DNA of 63,997 nucleotides, filler included, from Diploschistes diacapsis (GCA_023645945.1; 7 parts of 7 records of this genome joined end to end with filler, not necessarily neighbours in it), one strand, 5' to 3'. Positions 1 to 13,721 are shown, numbered from the whole stretch's first letter. A program made the numbers and translations. The notes: generated from the sequence alone by a model not told the origin.

Positions 1-1554
1 AGTAAAATACTAAAATAACCCACAGGTATCTTGTGCCTTGGCGATGGATGATAACAATTGTCTCCGTGGGCCAAATGAGCCAAGGATGCCTCAACGAGCA
101 AGGCCTTGCTGCCTGACCAATAGCTGGCCAGCACTTCCGCCTCGATAGGTGAGTCATATTGAGGCAGACCGCACAACTCTACTACTGCCACGTACTATAC
201 TAATACTAATACTATACTACACTATACTACACTATAACTTTGGAAAACAAACAGACCGCTATTTCCCTGCGAGACCTGCTCGAGGAAAATATAAGAGCGT
301 CCCTCGAGACGTCTGCGGTGTACGCGGTCCCTGCTACGAAAGGAACTTACTTACGCACACCTCCCCCTCTGCCAATTCCATTGTAATTTGTAATCGTGTA
401 TATCACGGCGAATGGGATCACGGCTCCTATCAAATTCCCCAATCGTCCTAAAATCAAAACTTTAAAACGTCCGCAAAACTATTGCAAAGAATGAGTCACA
501 ATGTTCGTGTTCCCCATGCCGCACCAGAAAGTGCGCTACTGTACAGTTTCTGCCCCATTCCACCTTTCCCGCTCAACTCATTACTACCTTATAACTAACT
601 TAACTAAGTTAGCTGAGCACGATGCTTACCAATCTCCCACATAGGCCCTATTTCCGAAAGATAACTCTTCCTAATTCCAGTACAGTAGCCCTTTACTCCC
701 AACGACCGCCTCTCTTTTGGTAGTTAGTTACAAGTACTCGGCACGAGTAGGTGCTTGATACATCTCCCTTCAGAGCCCTCTCTGCCACCTTCCGCCACGC
801 CCTACCCTTCAAGCCCGGGCCCATCCCTGGCGAGCAATAACTTACTTGGCACTCTGAGGTTTGAGCACTCTCTGGAGGCACCATTTATGATTGGACAGGC
901 CAGCCCTGCCCGTTCCCATTGCAAATACAAAACCATGGCGCAGCGTAAATCGCCCGTATCATCCATCTTTAACCGGATCGTGCCCTTCAATTCTCCATCA
1001 CAGCCTCTGTAGATTCCGACCATCCAATGTGACTCGCAACGCACAACCGGGGCCAAGTCATCAAGTACACGAAGACGCAAAATCAAATCAACTTCTATTA
1101 ACTATTACCATTTCCTCTCGTGCCCTATTGGCAATGTGTCGGGCGACTCCAATAAGAGGCTGCCGCACGGGTATCAAGGGGGTATCAACGAAAGATTCCA
1201 AAAACAAACGCATGCAACTGACTGCTTGTCTGACAAGACACTGCTACAAGTGCATAGACGATAAAAGTGGGGTGTTCAATGCCGCAACGCGAACAAATCA
1301 TGGGGGTATTGTGCAAAATAAATCAGATCCACCACTGCGCATACCAGCAGCAACAAACTCGTCAACAGTCTCGCCATACTCTTTCACCTCAGCAGAGCAA
1401 AGCGTCGTCAGGCATATCAACGAAAATGACCGTATTGCTGAATGGATGCGTCGAGCAAAAAGACAAGGATTGCAGAGGCTATAGTTTTGAGCCCTCTCTG
1501 CCCTCATCGCAAATAGTCGAAATCCTCGAACTCGTCTGAGCAGCGTTCTAAGCT

Positions 1555-4005
1555 TTATGCCGAGGCAGCTACTGCAGGTGCACTGTTGCCAGTAGTCTCG
1601 GCCGCCGGGACTGCAGTAGGCTCGGGCACGGCACCGACAGCGGTGTCGTTTGACGGTATGTGGCCGGTGGTGGCCTCCTCGACAGCGGGAAGCTCCTTGG
1701 CAGCCTCATTTTCCTTGATAGCTTCACCGTCCTTCGCAGTTTCGCCTTCTTTGGCAACAGTACTCTCCTTGGCAGGAACAGGAGGAGCGTCAGGGTCGGC
1801 TGTGACGCCGTTGGCGCCCTTGGTCGACCTGCTAGCCTTGCGGAACAGGCCTTGAAGCTTGTTCGACTTCTTCTCGCTGTCCGTGCCTTCTGCGTCAGAA
1901 ACGGCGCTGTCCGACTTCTTTTGGTTCGCATCAACAGTCTTCTTGTCCTTTTTGCCAAGAGTGCTAAAGAAGGACGAACGACGCTTCTCCTTAAGAGTGC
2001 TTTCGTTGGGAGTGAGGGGGCCAGTGGCCTTCTCCGTCGCGGTTGCAGCAGCAGTCGTTTCGGCTGGCTTCACGTTCTCCTTCTCTGCCTTCTCCTCAGC
2101 TTTGACTTCATTCTTTTCTTCCTTCTTCGCCTGAATTTAAGTTAGATTGTCTCTGCCAGTCTCCAAACAAAGCGTAAACGTACCTCGTGCTGTGCCTCCT
2201 TCTGCTTCAAGAATCCGAACAAGCCTCCCTTCGACTCAGGCTTCTCATTCTCTTTGTTCTTGTGGCTAGCAGCGGCGGCGGCAGCACCTGCGGCAGCAAG
2301 GGGAGCACCAACCTCTGCCGCATCCCTAGCGGGTTCATCTCTGGCCTCCATTGCAGGAGTAGCAGTATGTGGCGTGGCTTCTTCTGGCTTCACTGGATTC
2401 TCGAGCTGGGGAGCGGTTTCAGAGACGGGCTGAGTTGGAACATCCTTGGCAGGCACAGCCGGGGGAACATCATCCTCCTTTTTTGGGGGTTCTTCTTTCT
2501 TCTTACCGAAGAACGGCATGCCGCCAAAGACAGAGCCTCGCTTGGACTTGAGCGGGGTCTTCTCTTCTTCCTTGGCCTTTACCTCTTCTTTGGGCTTGAC
2601 CTCCTCCCTCGGCTTCGACTCCTCGGCAGCAACTGCAGTACCGGCAGCGGTTCCTTGATCGCCAGTCAGGGGTATTGCATGATATAAAAAGGGGGGGGGG
2701 ACAAGTCCTTACCTGCAGCAATAGCAGCAGCCTCTTCCTCCTTCTTGTGCTCGGCCTTCTCGTGTTTCTTCTCTTCTTTCTCAGCCTTCTTCTCTTCCTT
2801 CTTGTACTCCTTCTCGATCTCCTTTTCCTCAGCGGCTTGAGCCTTCTCAACTTTCTTTTCCTCTTCAACTTCCTCCTTTTCGGCTTGCCTCTCTTCCTTG
2901 GCAAGTTCTTTCTCCACTTTCTTTTCTTCCTTTGCTTGCTCCTTTTCGGCCTTCTTCTCTTCTGGCTCATCCTTTTTGCTCAGATACTTACCAAAGATGC
3001 TGGCGCGCTTTCGTGATTGAGAGCGGCTCTTTTCGTCTTTCTTCGTGGGCTCTGAAGTAGTCGTGGTCGTCGCAGCATTCTCTATTGTACCATCGTGAAT
3101 CTTGTCATCAGGCTTGGATATTGTTGCCTTGGTGGCTGCGGCTGCACCGGCTCCAACACCAGCAGACTTGCCTGCAGGAAATCAGTAGATGCAGAAACAT
3201 TGCGTAGCCTGCAATACGAACCATATCTGCTCAGATTGTTCTTGTAGTCCTCGCTGCTGACAACTCCTTCACGAGATTGTTTGGCATCTTGCACGACTTT
3301 CTCGACGGCCACGATCCAGCTATCCCGCTCAGATTTACCAGAAGCCTGGAATGTGTGCTTCTGGCTATGAATCCTGAAGGAGAAATCGAGAATGCCTTCC
3401 TTGGTAACGTCCGAGGCGTCACTCTTTTCATCAAGGTTTAGTTCGTGTTACGATTGATATGTGTTCAACGAAGTACTAACCAGGTTCAGGATACCTTGCG
3501 GAGCAGACCTATCCTCCTCGCGCTTGGCGAAGAGCAGGAGACCTTTGCTGGTCTGAGACGCGTGAGCGGCATTGTGGTTCTTGTGTTCTGCCTTTTCGGT
3601 TTTGAGATAGTGGGAAATTGTGCTTTCTTCGAGGGCGTCATCGCCAAACCAGAAGTACTTGGACGAGAAACGAAGCTGACTGTTTCAAATACCGTCAAAA
3701 GTTGTTCCAGCAAGGTATCGATGGCAAGGCTGGAGGTTGGTTAAAACTCACTTGAGAATACCCGGTGCTTTATAGCCTAGATTTCCGGCAGCAATGGGTT
3801 GAGCTTCGATCCTGACGGCATCGTCGCTGACCTTGTCCTCCTTTGGAACTGTAGCAACGGCAGGTGCTGCCTCAGAGGCCTCGGGTGTAAGCTCAGCGGT
3901 GGGCGCCTCGGTAGCAGGAGCTACAGTGGTCTCTGCCGTGGTCCCCGTGGTATCGACAGCAGCAGAATGAACTGCTGGAGTCTCCTGGATCGGTTCGGCA
4001 GACAT
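1555..4005 (-). CDS. Meu6-like PH-domain protein (fungal 'immunogenic protein' family), multi-exon
   Basis: ATG at 4005 (MSAEPIQETP...GNLGYKAPGIL). Spliced translation gives LRFSSKYFWFGDD...AAHASQTSKGLLFFAK...PQGILNL/SDASDVTKEG..DFSFRIHSQKHTFQA...ERDSWI, then SRSQSRKRASIFG, Glu/Lys-rich tracts and KEKRRSSFFSTLGKK. Donors GTGAGT (3751), GTTAGT (3480), GTAAGG and GTACGT; stop at 1555. Confidence 0.8.
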
Positions 4006-5531
4006 GCTGATTGGGGTGGCAAAGGGATTTTGGGGGTTGGGTGAGTATGACTCGGGAAAGAGAGGCAGAAGCAAGCACAAACAACTAGAACGAGACAAAG
4101 ACCAGAAGAGCCGAGTCTCTGGATAAATATAACTAAGAGAAGAGCTCGAGAGCTAAAAGCAAAAGCAAGACAAAGTATATTTGCTCGAGAGTGGGTGAGT
4201 GAGTGGGTGAGTGAAGTGAAGGAGAGAAGATGTTGCAGGCGGAAAAATTAAAGTATGGCAGAGAAATGATTTTGTGGTTGGGGGGCCCTGAGGAGCTTCA
4301 AGTGGGATTAATTTACCAAGTAGGATGTTGTTGCTCAAGCTACGCTTGTCTTGTCTTGTCGCGGCGCTTGAAAACGGTTAAAGTCAAAGGCCAGTAATCC
4401 AAAGGGATAATAAATACGCAGGTTTTCTCATGCAAGCTATGAACACTAGTACCTACTAATTCGATTTATTTTTTATGCTCACAACAAATGGTAGTGATCC
4501 AGCAGGCATAATTCTGGGGAGCATTAATTGTGAATACAGCGGTCGGTGTAATAGGGTGTAATAGCGTCAATTGCTCATGCACGTCAAATGAAGATGCAGT
4601 TGATTAGTAGTCCAGTCCCAGTCCAGTCCAGTCCAGTCCAGTCCAGTCGTTAGTGCCAATCATCGGTGTTATCTTCAACCTGGGCAGCTGATCGTCCCCA
4701 TTGTTCAGGTAATGATGATAAGGGGACGGACCCGTCGACTATAGACTTTCTGTGGTGGGCCAGGTGACACTACTCTGCCTTTTTCGCATGCTTGGCAAAG
4801 CAGGCGTAGATGTCGGCGATATATTGAAGAAAAAAGAAAAAGAAGCACCAAATCTAGCTCACCTAATAGAACCTACGCATTGTCGATCTAAGCGTAAGAT
4901 CTACGGCGTCTTGTTGCAGGGCCCAAGTTTTAAACAACCACTGGAGTTGTACCACCCCGATGCCCTTGCAGGTCCCTGTGCGAGACCCCCTGACACAACA
5001 GACGCTAATGAACTCACCCTGACCAAAGGAAGGAATTGTATATTTTTGAAATGCAGTTTTTTCGGGTTTGTATTTGCTGTCACTGAAGAGGGGTGCTTAT
5101 GATAAGGAGTAAAACGAACGTACTTTGAATACTACTAGAGGTATCCCATACCCTATACACACTGTAAATACTACAAACAAAACCACGTGTCAACACGCCC
5201 ATGGAAGGCTCCCAGGCTCAAATGAACATATCAAGGTAGAACCGTAATAGAATCTTCCCTACTTGTGAAGTTGTCCGAATACCGTTAATTTACAGATAGG
5301 ATTTAAACAATCCATCCCCGGACCATCCGATGCAATTTCTCCTACTGTGGACATGGTAGATAGTCTGCGCCCACAACTCACGGAAAGCTTTTCACCCGTT
5401 GGCTAGTTAAGTTAATGTCCGCTACTCCGGCTGTCAGGTACGATAGCTACGTACTTATATATAGGCAATTCGTTTTGGGGTGGCGTGATATTTCCAACCG
5501 TTTCATGGCCCTCATTCATTAGGTTTTTACT

Positions 5532-6561
5532 ATGGCTGAAATGTTGGCTGAAATGTTCTGGACTACGGCATTGGTTCTTCCTACCCGTGCTGCTGTCGCT
5601 CGACCGACACCCATCATTCTCCGAAAACCACGTCACTCTCCTTCGTCTGTCTTTCTTTTCTATAGAAACGAACCGCTGGTACGCCGATCACGGTATTCAA
5701 CGGGTATGTCGCCATTTTATTGAAAGTGCAAGGCTTTTGACAAGTAGCTAGTCGCAGCAGTAACGCACTTAGAGCCCACCGTTCCCTCTAGGTTTCGCCG
5801 ATTACTTAAATTCTGTGCCCTCGGTGCTGTCTTTACCATAACAGGTTTCGTCATGGCCGTCGCTCCCGCATGGCCTATGGCCAACCAAATGATCAATCCT
5901 CCTACGGACCAAGAGACCCTCAATATGTTCGCCCCTCCAGACGAGAAGGCGGCCACGATAGACACTCGCTTGATTAATCATCCAATTGCCCTCGAATTGA
6001 GAGCAAATCCCAATTATAAGGAGTCGAGGCCACACATGAAGATCCCAGAATCGATGAGGGCCCACCATCTGACTTCGGGAGCCCTGGCCGGACCTGGACG
6101 GATAGAGGTTCCGCCGTTGATGTTCATAGAGAAAGAGGGCAAGGGTGGGTTAACCCTTACGTATCTGGGATCAGATATCTGCGGTCACCCAGGCGTGGTA
6201 CATGGAGGAGCTATTGCTACGTTGTTAGATGAAAGCCTTGCAAGAAGCTGCTTCCAGGCTCTCCCGAATAAGGTTGGCCTAACCGCCAACCTTACTATCA
6301 ATTACAGGAATCCCGTCCGTGCCGAAAGTTATGTCGTCCTGCGCTCGAAAACGGTCAAGGTCGATGGGAGAAAAGTGTGGGTGGAGGGTACCTTGGAGTC
6401 CCTGCCTGAAGAAGGCGAGACACCAGTCATATACACCGAGGCGTCGGCCTTGTTCATTGAGCCCAAACAAGCGAAGGTAAGCTAGCAGGAATCTCAGGCT
6501 GGGACATCCAACACTGAATATATGTCAGACGATGTCACGGCTATATCCAGCCGCCTCGTAG
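5532..6561 (+). CDS. HotDog-fold (PaaI/4HBT) thioesterase, probably mitochondrial
   Basis: YLGSDICGHPGVVHGGAIATLLDESLARSCF...GLTANLTINYRNP motif. Basic N-terminal exon; introns ~5704-5751 (GTATGT..TAG) and 6477-6528 (GTAAGC..CAG); last exon TMSRLYPAAS*. Start Met uncertain (5532 or a downstream in-frame ATG). Confidence 0.85.
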
Positions 6562-6919
6562 CCATAATAGATGAGTATGACAGGCGCAGAAATGCATACT
6601 GGGCTAGGCTGTATGGGGCAATAGTTAGGATTCACGCGACCACCGCCTTACCGCACTAGAAGGGGTTTTGTATATTCGTTGAATAGAATTAGCGATGTCC
6701 CCATTCCAGAAGCGCATAATGATATTGTATGGAGCACTCAGAAAGGCATAAATACAGACAAGTATTCAGCTCTGCAAAAGTGCGGGACGTCATCCGGCGG
6801 GTTTGCGCTTCGAAGTATAAACCCAAGACCACAAGACCACGGGGGGGCCAGTATACCTGGGAGCAACAATGCTATGACTGCTTTGCGTCACGCTGATTTC
6901 TTATTTCGTACTCCAAAAC

Positions 6920-8293
6920 ATGTCTAAAAACACGAAATACCTTCTAGTTTCCCTTCCAACGTCGATCTCGTCCTCCAACGCCCGCGATGAAGCTTTCGGC
7001 GCCCTACAGGCCAGTGTAGTCAAAGATAGCGAGTCGGTTGTACCCTTTACGATACCAGAGTTCAAAGTTGGAACCTTGGATGCATTAGTGCAACAGGCAG
7101 ATGACCTAGCGAAGCTTGAAGGCGCATGCGAAAGTGTAGCGAACAAGGTGGGAGACTCTTTGAGGACAATATTAGAGGGTGACGAGGGCAAAATTGCCCA
7201 GCAGAAAACGGTCAACGATAGTGAGTATGGGTTCACGAGCCTGCAATGCCTACGCTCATGCATCCTAGAGCCTGCTGACCAGTATCTGCGCTCTTTCAAT
7301 TGGAATAAGGTCAAGTACAGAGCGGATCGACCACTCAGCAGCCTAATAGACAACCTCCAGAAAGTATGTACTCTGTCTGTGCTACTACATATGATGAAGG
7401 TGAGCTGACCTGGGTTTCGAAGGAAATCACTAGCATAGACAACGATGTGAAGAGCAAGTACAACCAATATAACCAGGTCAAAACCAATTTGACCGCTCTG
7501 CAAAAACGACAGACGTGCGCAGGTTCCTCGAAGCGTTTCTTCTCAGGCTGACGGAACACCATAGCGGCAATCTTTCGAACAAATCTCTCGCCTCTATCGT
7601 CCCTCCAAAGCTCATCATCCAGGACTCCGAATATATCGAAACCCATCTCATCGCCGTCCCATCACAACTCACCAAAGACTTCTTGAAGAATTACGAGAGG
7701 TTGTCAACTTGGGTTGTGCCTCGCTCGGCCGTCAAGATTGACTCGGATGATGAGTTCGCACTCTACGCTGTTACAACGTTCAAGAAGTACAGTCCGGAAT
7801 TCATTCACAAGTGCCGGGAGCAGAAGTGGACGCCGAGAGAATACAAGCACAAGGAAGGCGGGAAGGAGGAGGAAAAGAGGGAGTTTGAGAAGGTGTCGAA
7901 AGAGGAGAGGAAGCTTTGGGGCGAGGTTCTGCGGTTGGCGCGCACCAACTGGGGCGAGGCAGTAATGGCGTGGATACACGTGCTCGTGCTACGGGTGTTT
8001 GTGGAAACTGTCCTGAGATATGGTCTACCGTTGTCTTTCGTTTGTGGGTTGATAAAGGTACGCCGAAGTGTCTTCGGCGAGCAAGCGTACACTAATCCTT
8101 CAAGACTACTCAGAAGCAAGAGAAGAGGATCCGCGATGCGCTCGACAACAACTACTCGTATCTGGCAGGCAATGCGATAGGACGCGATAAAAAAGGGCGG
8201 GTGGTCAAGGACAACATGAACGATATGCAGGTTGCGGGCCAAGGGAGTACAGAGTATTCAGCATACGTTTGTTACGACTTTGAGATCATTTAG
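6920..8293 (+). CDS. VMA5: V-type proton ATPase V1 subunit C
   Basis: MSKNTKYLLVSLP...IPEFKVGTLDALVQQADDLAKL, FNWNKVKYRADRPL, GNLSNKSL, VVPRSA, WIHVLVLRVFVETVLRYGLP. Four short introns (~7221, ~7365, ~7515, ~8058); stop TAG 8291-8293. Confidence 0.95.
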
Positions 8294-8427
8294 AAGCCAA
8301 GAGACACTGCTTCACGATTCAGCGGGCGTTCTTTTCGACATGGCATTCAATATGGTTTCTTCCAAACAGATGAACCATGCTACATGGCCAGCATTATGCA
8401 ACGCATGGCCCCATTCCGTTGGGCTTG

Positions 8428-9052
8428 CTACGCCGTCGTCCCCTTCTTCAAGTATCCCTTCCCCTCCAGAAACTCAACAATCTTCATGACCGACTCCTCC
8501 GTCGTCTCCCTATCGCTCCTGACATGCACCTCCGGCCTGTCCGGCTCCTCGTAGGGCGCACTGATGCCCGTAAACTCCTTGATCAGCCCCTCCCTCGCCT
8601 TCTTGTACAGCCCCTTCGGATCCCTCCGCTCCGCCACGTCGACGGGGCAATCGACCCAGACCTCGACGAAGCCGAGCCCGCCCTCGCCCCTCTCGTCCCT
8701 CTTCTCGTGCAGCTCCCTCGCGAGGGCCCTGTCGGCCCTGTAGGGGCTGATGAAGGAGGCGACGGCGACGGCGCACGAGTCGGCGAACAGCCGGGCCACC
8801 TCGGCGATGCGCCGGATGTTCTCGCCGCGGTCGCGCTCCGAGAAGCCGAGGTCCCGGTTCAGGCCGAACCGCACGTTGTCGCCGTCCAGCCGGTACGCCG
8901 CCAGCCCCAGGTGCAGCAGGTGCTGCTCGAGCGCGACCGCGATCGTCGACTTGCCCGACGCCGAGAGGCCCGTCAGCCAGATCGTCACGCCCGCCTGCTG
9001 CCGGATTTGCGAGCGCTCGGCGTGCGTGAGGGACGGGTGCCAGGTTATGTTG
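8428..9052 (-). CDS. MET14: Adenylyl-sulfate (APS) kinase, 5' micro-exon lost at contig end
   Basis: [32 protein letters not shown] (P-loop), [41 protein letters not shown]. Preceded by an acceptor CAG at 9053-9055 and a CTAAC branch site; no ATG before the gap. Confidence 0.95.
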
Positions 9053-9107
9053 CTGGAGGGGGGAAGGCGGGGGCGTTAGTTGATGTTGTTTTGGAAGGGG
9101 GTTTGAG

Positions 9108-9207
9108 NNNNNNNNNNNNNNNNNNNNNNNNNNNNNNNNNNNNNNNNNNNNTTAATTAATTAANNNNNNNNNNNNNNNNNNNNNNNNNNNNNNNNNNNNN
9201 NNNNNNN
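9108..9207. other. Artificial contig spacer (44 N + TTAATTAATTAA + 44 N)
   Basis: Palindromic stop-in-all-frames linker, identical at all six gaps. Confidence 0.98.
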
Positions 9208-12200
9208 GATGGAGATGGAGATGGAGATCTGAAAGGGGAATTTTGGGTAGGGTGTTGAAAGCGGGGCGGATGAGGGAGGAGGGAGGAGGGCTTTGATGAA
9301 ACATAAAAAGCAAGCCAATCACAATTTCCCTTCATCAGTACTAATAGCTCGAAAAGAGGAAATTACCTTTGGATGAGCCTAGTGAATGCGTTACGGGCGC
9401 TTCTCGAGGCCTTTTGTCTCTGCTGCCACGTTTTTATGGGCTGGAGGATCTACGAAGCTATTTCGCTCCTGGCGCGCGTATTTGCAGTCTGATTGTATCA
9501 GACACTCCTTGTTGCTTTTTCTCGTCGGATTGCTCATCTCGGCTTTTCCCCTTAGTAGGGGCATGAAAGGCTTAGATTGGCCCTTTTGTGGTTTTTGCGT
9601 TTTTCTCCTTGGGCGTACTCAGGAGCTTCGAAGATTTTTGGGCTTTCACGAAATCCACCGTCAGCCTCCTCAATGTCCTGCATTGTAGGATGGGGCGGTC
9701 TCGACTAAGAGACGTGATTTCCAAATGGTCATATTCGAAGCCATAATATGCTGTGATAGTGCAGCCGGTTCTTTTTCTGAAAAAAAAAAAGCCCATTCTC
9801 CGAACTGTTAAGAACACAACCCTGCTTTTTTAGAAGAGCATGAACGCTTGAAGCGGGTTTCAACAAGCAAGCCCATTAGTCCTTTGTTGAATTGGATCAT
9901 ATGCAAGAAATGGCATAAGCGCCAGCTCCCACTAACTCAGCCCCTCGCCTTTTCACAAACTCCAGGTCCGCTCGAGCTTTGATTGACCGATTTCCTGCAG
10001 TTCCAAAGATGAAGGCCCTTGACCTGCTTCCGAAGTGGTCAGGTAATTTGTCCGGGGCTCTTTTCGTTCTTGCAAATCCAGAGATGGACACAGACCTCCA
10101 TCGCCCCCTTCCGTCGAAAACGAAATAACATCGAGGGTTGCCTAGGCCCGCCGACGATACTGTCCAAGCGAAGAATGTCAAGGCCGCTACAGCAGTAGCA
10201 AAATTCGAAAAGATGCATTTCGAGGTTGGAGCTGGAGAGGGTGTTGGGGTTAAAGCCAAGAACCTCAAAGTCAAGGTAGAGGGCATCGATATCGAGATTG
10301 AGGATGTTATGATTAACGTTGACGAACCCAAGGCGAAGGTGGAGAAGTGATGTGGTAGAAGGACGGGGATTGTTTCCAGCATGAAACAAGGTTTTCTCGG
10401 CTATAGATCAGTGATTGTATGTATTTGGAGAGAAGGATGAATTCATGCATCAGAAAATCGTTTATGGAAAACTTGCCTTAAAAACCATTAACTACCCTAA
10501 CGGTTTTGAAATTGCGTAAAACCCCAACTGAAGCACCAACCAGGAAGCATCAACTAGACAAAGCAATGCCTCCCACATGCCAAAGTACTGTGGTCGCATC
10601 ACATTGACTCTTTCATAATAACTGTCGGGAAGTGACATTCCTAGCAGAATTCAAAAAGCATACCCGGCTCAGTCTCGGGCCAAAGAAGCCGAACACTCCA
10701 ACGCAGGGGCAAAAAAGCACTTGGCTTTCTCAAGACTCCAACAAAAGTGGCAAAAATGATGAATAAGTCTCTAGAAACTCAATATAAAGTAAGCATCAGT
10801 CTCTGGGTCTTGTGCCTTCGACCATCACCACATCACCACATCACGCTTCTGCTCAAGCAAGCCGTCCCGCACAATCCTAAAGATAGCCGCATGGACGTTC
10901 TTCATCGCACTATGCACCGTTCTCTGCCCTATCGGAATGTTGGTGTTTGGGCGCTATCTGGTGGCTCAAACCAGGTAAGTCTATTCCTTACAATGATGTC
11001 CTGTCCTTTACTGGCAGTTCCCACCTCGATTTCCAGGGCGAGTGGAAGGAAAAAGCGTGCAGTTTCCGACAAAACGGATTCGGTGAATCCAACAATGGTT
11101 TACCGCTTGAGGCTCCCGCGACGACTCGATCATGAGCGATTAGGATAATGAGTCGAGCTTGAGCAATTCGAACGCGCTAACCCCTAGGTCCTCCAGTATC
11201 CAGCCTGGCTTGAGTGATTCGAGCTCCGTACTGAACTCTGGTTGGGCTAGTGTCCATGATGAGACGAGCCTGAGCGTCTCGAGCTTCGTAACAACTCCTA
11301 GTTCTTCCGGTATCCAGTCCGACTTGATGGATTCGAATGCCGAGACAAGCTGAAAAGGCTCTAGTGATGTACCGAGCTTGGCGGTACACAAGTGAAGAAT
11401 CGAACCTATCGTCTTGCCCTAGCCATTTCTAGATGAAGTTAATCGAGCGAGCGATGCATCGTAAAGGGGTGGAAAGTCAGAACATGATAGAGAATTGAGT
11501 GCGATGGGGAACGGATAGCAAGATAGGAACAAAGCTAGACACAAGAGAGAGAGATCAACATAAGTTCTGTGGTAGTTTTAGTAGTTTGGTAGCAACAAGA
11601 CAGGTGCATGCGTCCAGAAGCTGATTTTCAAAGCTTGACCCAGAAGACAAATCAAAACCCTCGTAACCTTTGACGCTGAAAAACTGATACCCAAGGCGCC
11701 AACAGACAATGTGATAACAAAAGGCTCCCCAATGGGCTCTTTACTGAGTATTGCTTTGCTGGCGGACTCTGATGATGATATGATACGCAATGGCTTGAAC
11801 TGAGTAAGTCTTCTCTATTGCTGGTTTGATTTATAAAAATTCCCACGCATTCATGTCGGCGCTCAGAAATACCATTCCCATATATTGGGGACGATTATCT
11901 GGACCATTTTCATTATCTTGCGTACCTGTTTCATGGTTCTGTGTACCTGTCCCCGTATATGTTGCTGTTCTGCTCCTTTGACGGTGCTTTATACTATTAG
12001 TTTGATTAGACCGAGTAAGGAGTCTTGCTTTCTTGCTTACTTACTAATTCTTTACACGCCCATGCCAGCGTTCGAGCATAACCTGTTCAGTTACAGGAAA
12101 GAAAATACTCTAAGCCATCTTCATTTCGCTATCTGCTCATTACTACATACTATTTTTGTTGGCCGGATTTAGGGATGCTATCATCTGTTATTAAAGGGCT

Positions 12201-12629
12201 TAAACGGCTTAAACCAAATAAGTAATCTCTATTACCTACTCACTTCCCAATTTTTGTGCGATTATACCCGTGTCCAGGAACGTAATTGCCTAGGTATTCG
12301 ACATACTCACGCCAATAATGATTCAACCTAGAAGCGGGTAGCGAGGTAAGGACAAGGCCTAAAGAAGAATGGAGATCAAGATAAGGCGATACGATTCTTG
12401 CATCAGCTTCCAGCGTTGTAAGATAACATCGAGACCAATGCATGCGTTCCATAGGAAGCGAAATATAATCTACAAACCTTGACCCAGGGTGTGCGCTATA
12501 TAATCCACAGAGCGCAGTTATGGCGCTCCGACCTAAGCTCCTAAGCCACATAACGATGTGAGTATGTGTCCGGACTCCTTTCCCCTCCTATTTCATCATC
12601 TAGCTTCCCGCCCATGCCAACCATTCCTC

Positions 12630-13436
12630 TCATCCCCTGCACCTGCTCCATGCCGGCAGCCCACAGCCAAAACCAACCAACAAGTAAATCAAAAACACAA
12701 CCACCACCCCCACAAGCACCATAAGCTTAACATTCTTCCACCACATCCTCCTCCTGAGCCCCCTACTCCTGACCCTGAAATCCCTCGCCCCCTCCCCCAA
12801 CCGATCCGTCTTATCCACCAGCAAATCGATCCTCTCCCCCCTCTCCAGCACGCGCTCGATATTCTCCGTCATGATGCCCCGCACGTTGTCGATCTCCGCC
12901 TGCACGTTCTTGACCGCGTCCTGCTTGCCCGCCTCCGTGCTGCCGTAGCTGTGCATCAGCTGCTTGAGCGTCGAGTTGAAAGCCGCGCAGCCGTAGGAGG
13001 GCAGGTCGCCGAAGTCTGTGCTTGTGGCGGGGTATTGCGCGAGAAAGCGGTTCTTGATCTCGACGAGGAAGCCAAAGGGGACGCGCCGGCCGAAGGACTG
13101 CGGGGCGATGACGAGGTAGACCAGGCCGCCGGGGGAGGAAGGATTGGAGGCGGAGGAGTATTCGGAAGGCGAAGAGGACATGTAGTGGATGTAGTGGTCG
13201 CCATGGGCGTAGGTGAGTTTCTGGGGCTGCGCGTGGGAGATTTTGGGGAGGATGAGGGAGGGCAGAGAAGAAGGGTTGCCTGTTGTGCTGGCGGTGTGCT
13301 CTGTTAGAAGAGTTGTGTTGTGGGCTATGCAGGCGCTAAGGAAGGGCGAAGTTAGCCATGATGTTTGCCCAGTGGAAGTTCAAGTAGAGGGGACATACTA
13401 GAGGAGAGGTGTCGGGGGTGTCGAGGAGGACGCCAT
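12630..13436 (-). CDS. NYV1: Longin-domain R-SNARE (Nyv1/VAMP7-like)
   Basis: Exon 1 MASSSTPPTPLL, intron 13398-13336, then YACIAHNTTLLTEH...LILPKISH (longin domain). Synaptobrevin motif EIDNVRGIMTENIERVLERGERIDLLVDKTDRL...LRRRMWWKNVKL, TM helix, GFGCGLPAW. Confidence 0.92.
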
Positions 13437-13721
13437 ATTGAATGGCCAGAAAAGCAAGATGACTATCGATAAGATGCCGTAGTATCAAATGAAGAGCAAA
13501 ACTTGAGTTACAAATTCCAGGGTAGAAAGGAGGAGTACTGGAGAAAGTTAAGATATTAAGCTCGCAAGATAGGCTGCGAGCTTCACATCCAGGAACGCGG
13601 GCAGATGACGTTAAACTCGATCTATCTCCGTAGGGCTGAGTCTGGAGAGCTGAAAAAACAACGCATGACTTTTTGCAAAAAAGACCAAAGGAAAATAGAA
13701 AAACAGAACTCAAAATAAGTC

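Noticed and set aside
755..1539. Overlapping ORFs of 85-197 aa
   Set aside because: No domains or coding-like composition; probably the 3' flank of the Meu6-like gene.
8377..9159. 260-aa plus-strand ORF
   Set aside because: Antisense shadow of GC3-rich MET14, running into Ns.
9152..9163. Regularly spaced TTAATTAATTAA palindromes as a biological repeat or CRISPR-like array
   Set aside because: Always embedded in 44 N + 44 N; a synthetic contig linker.
9208..9300. Missing first exon of MET14 across the gap
   Set aside because: Contigs are unlinked, and no suitable ATG/donor is evident.
9897..10350. Small gene ending ...VDEPKAKVEK
   Set aside because: No clean start or continuous frame; at best a decayed fragment.
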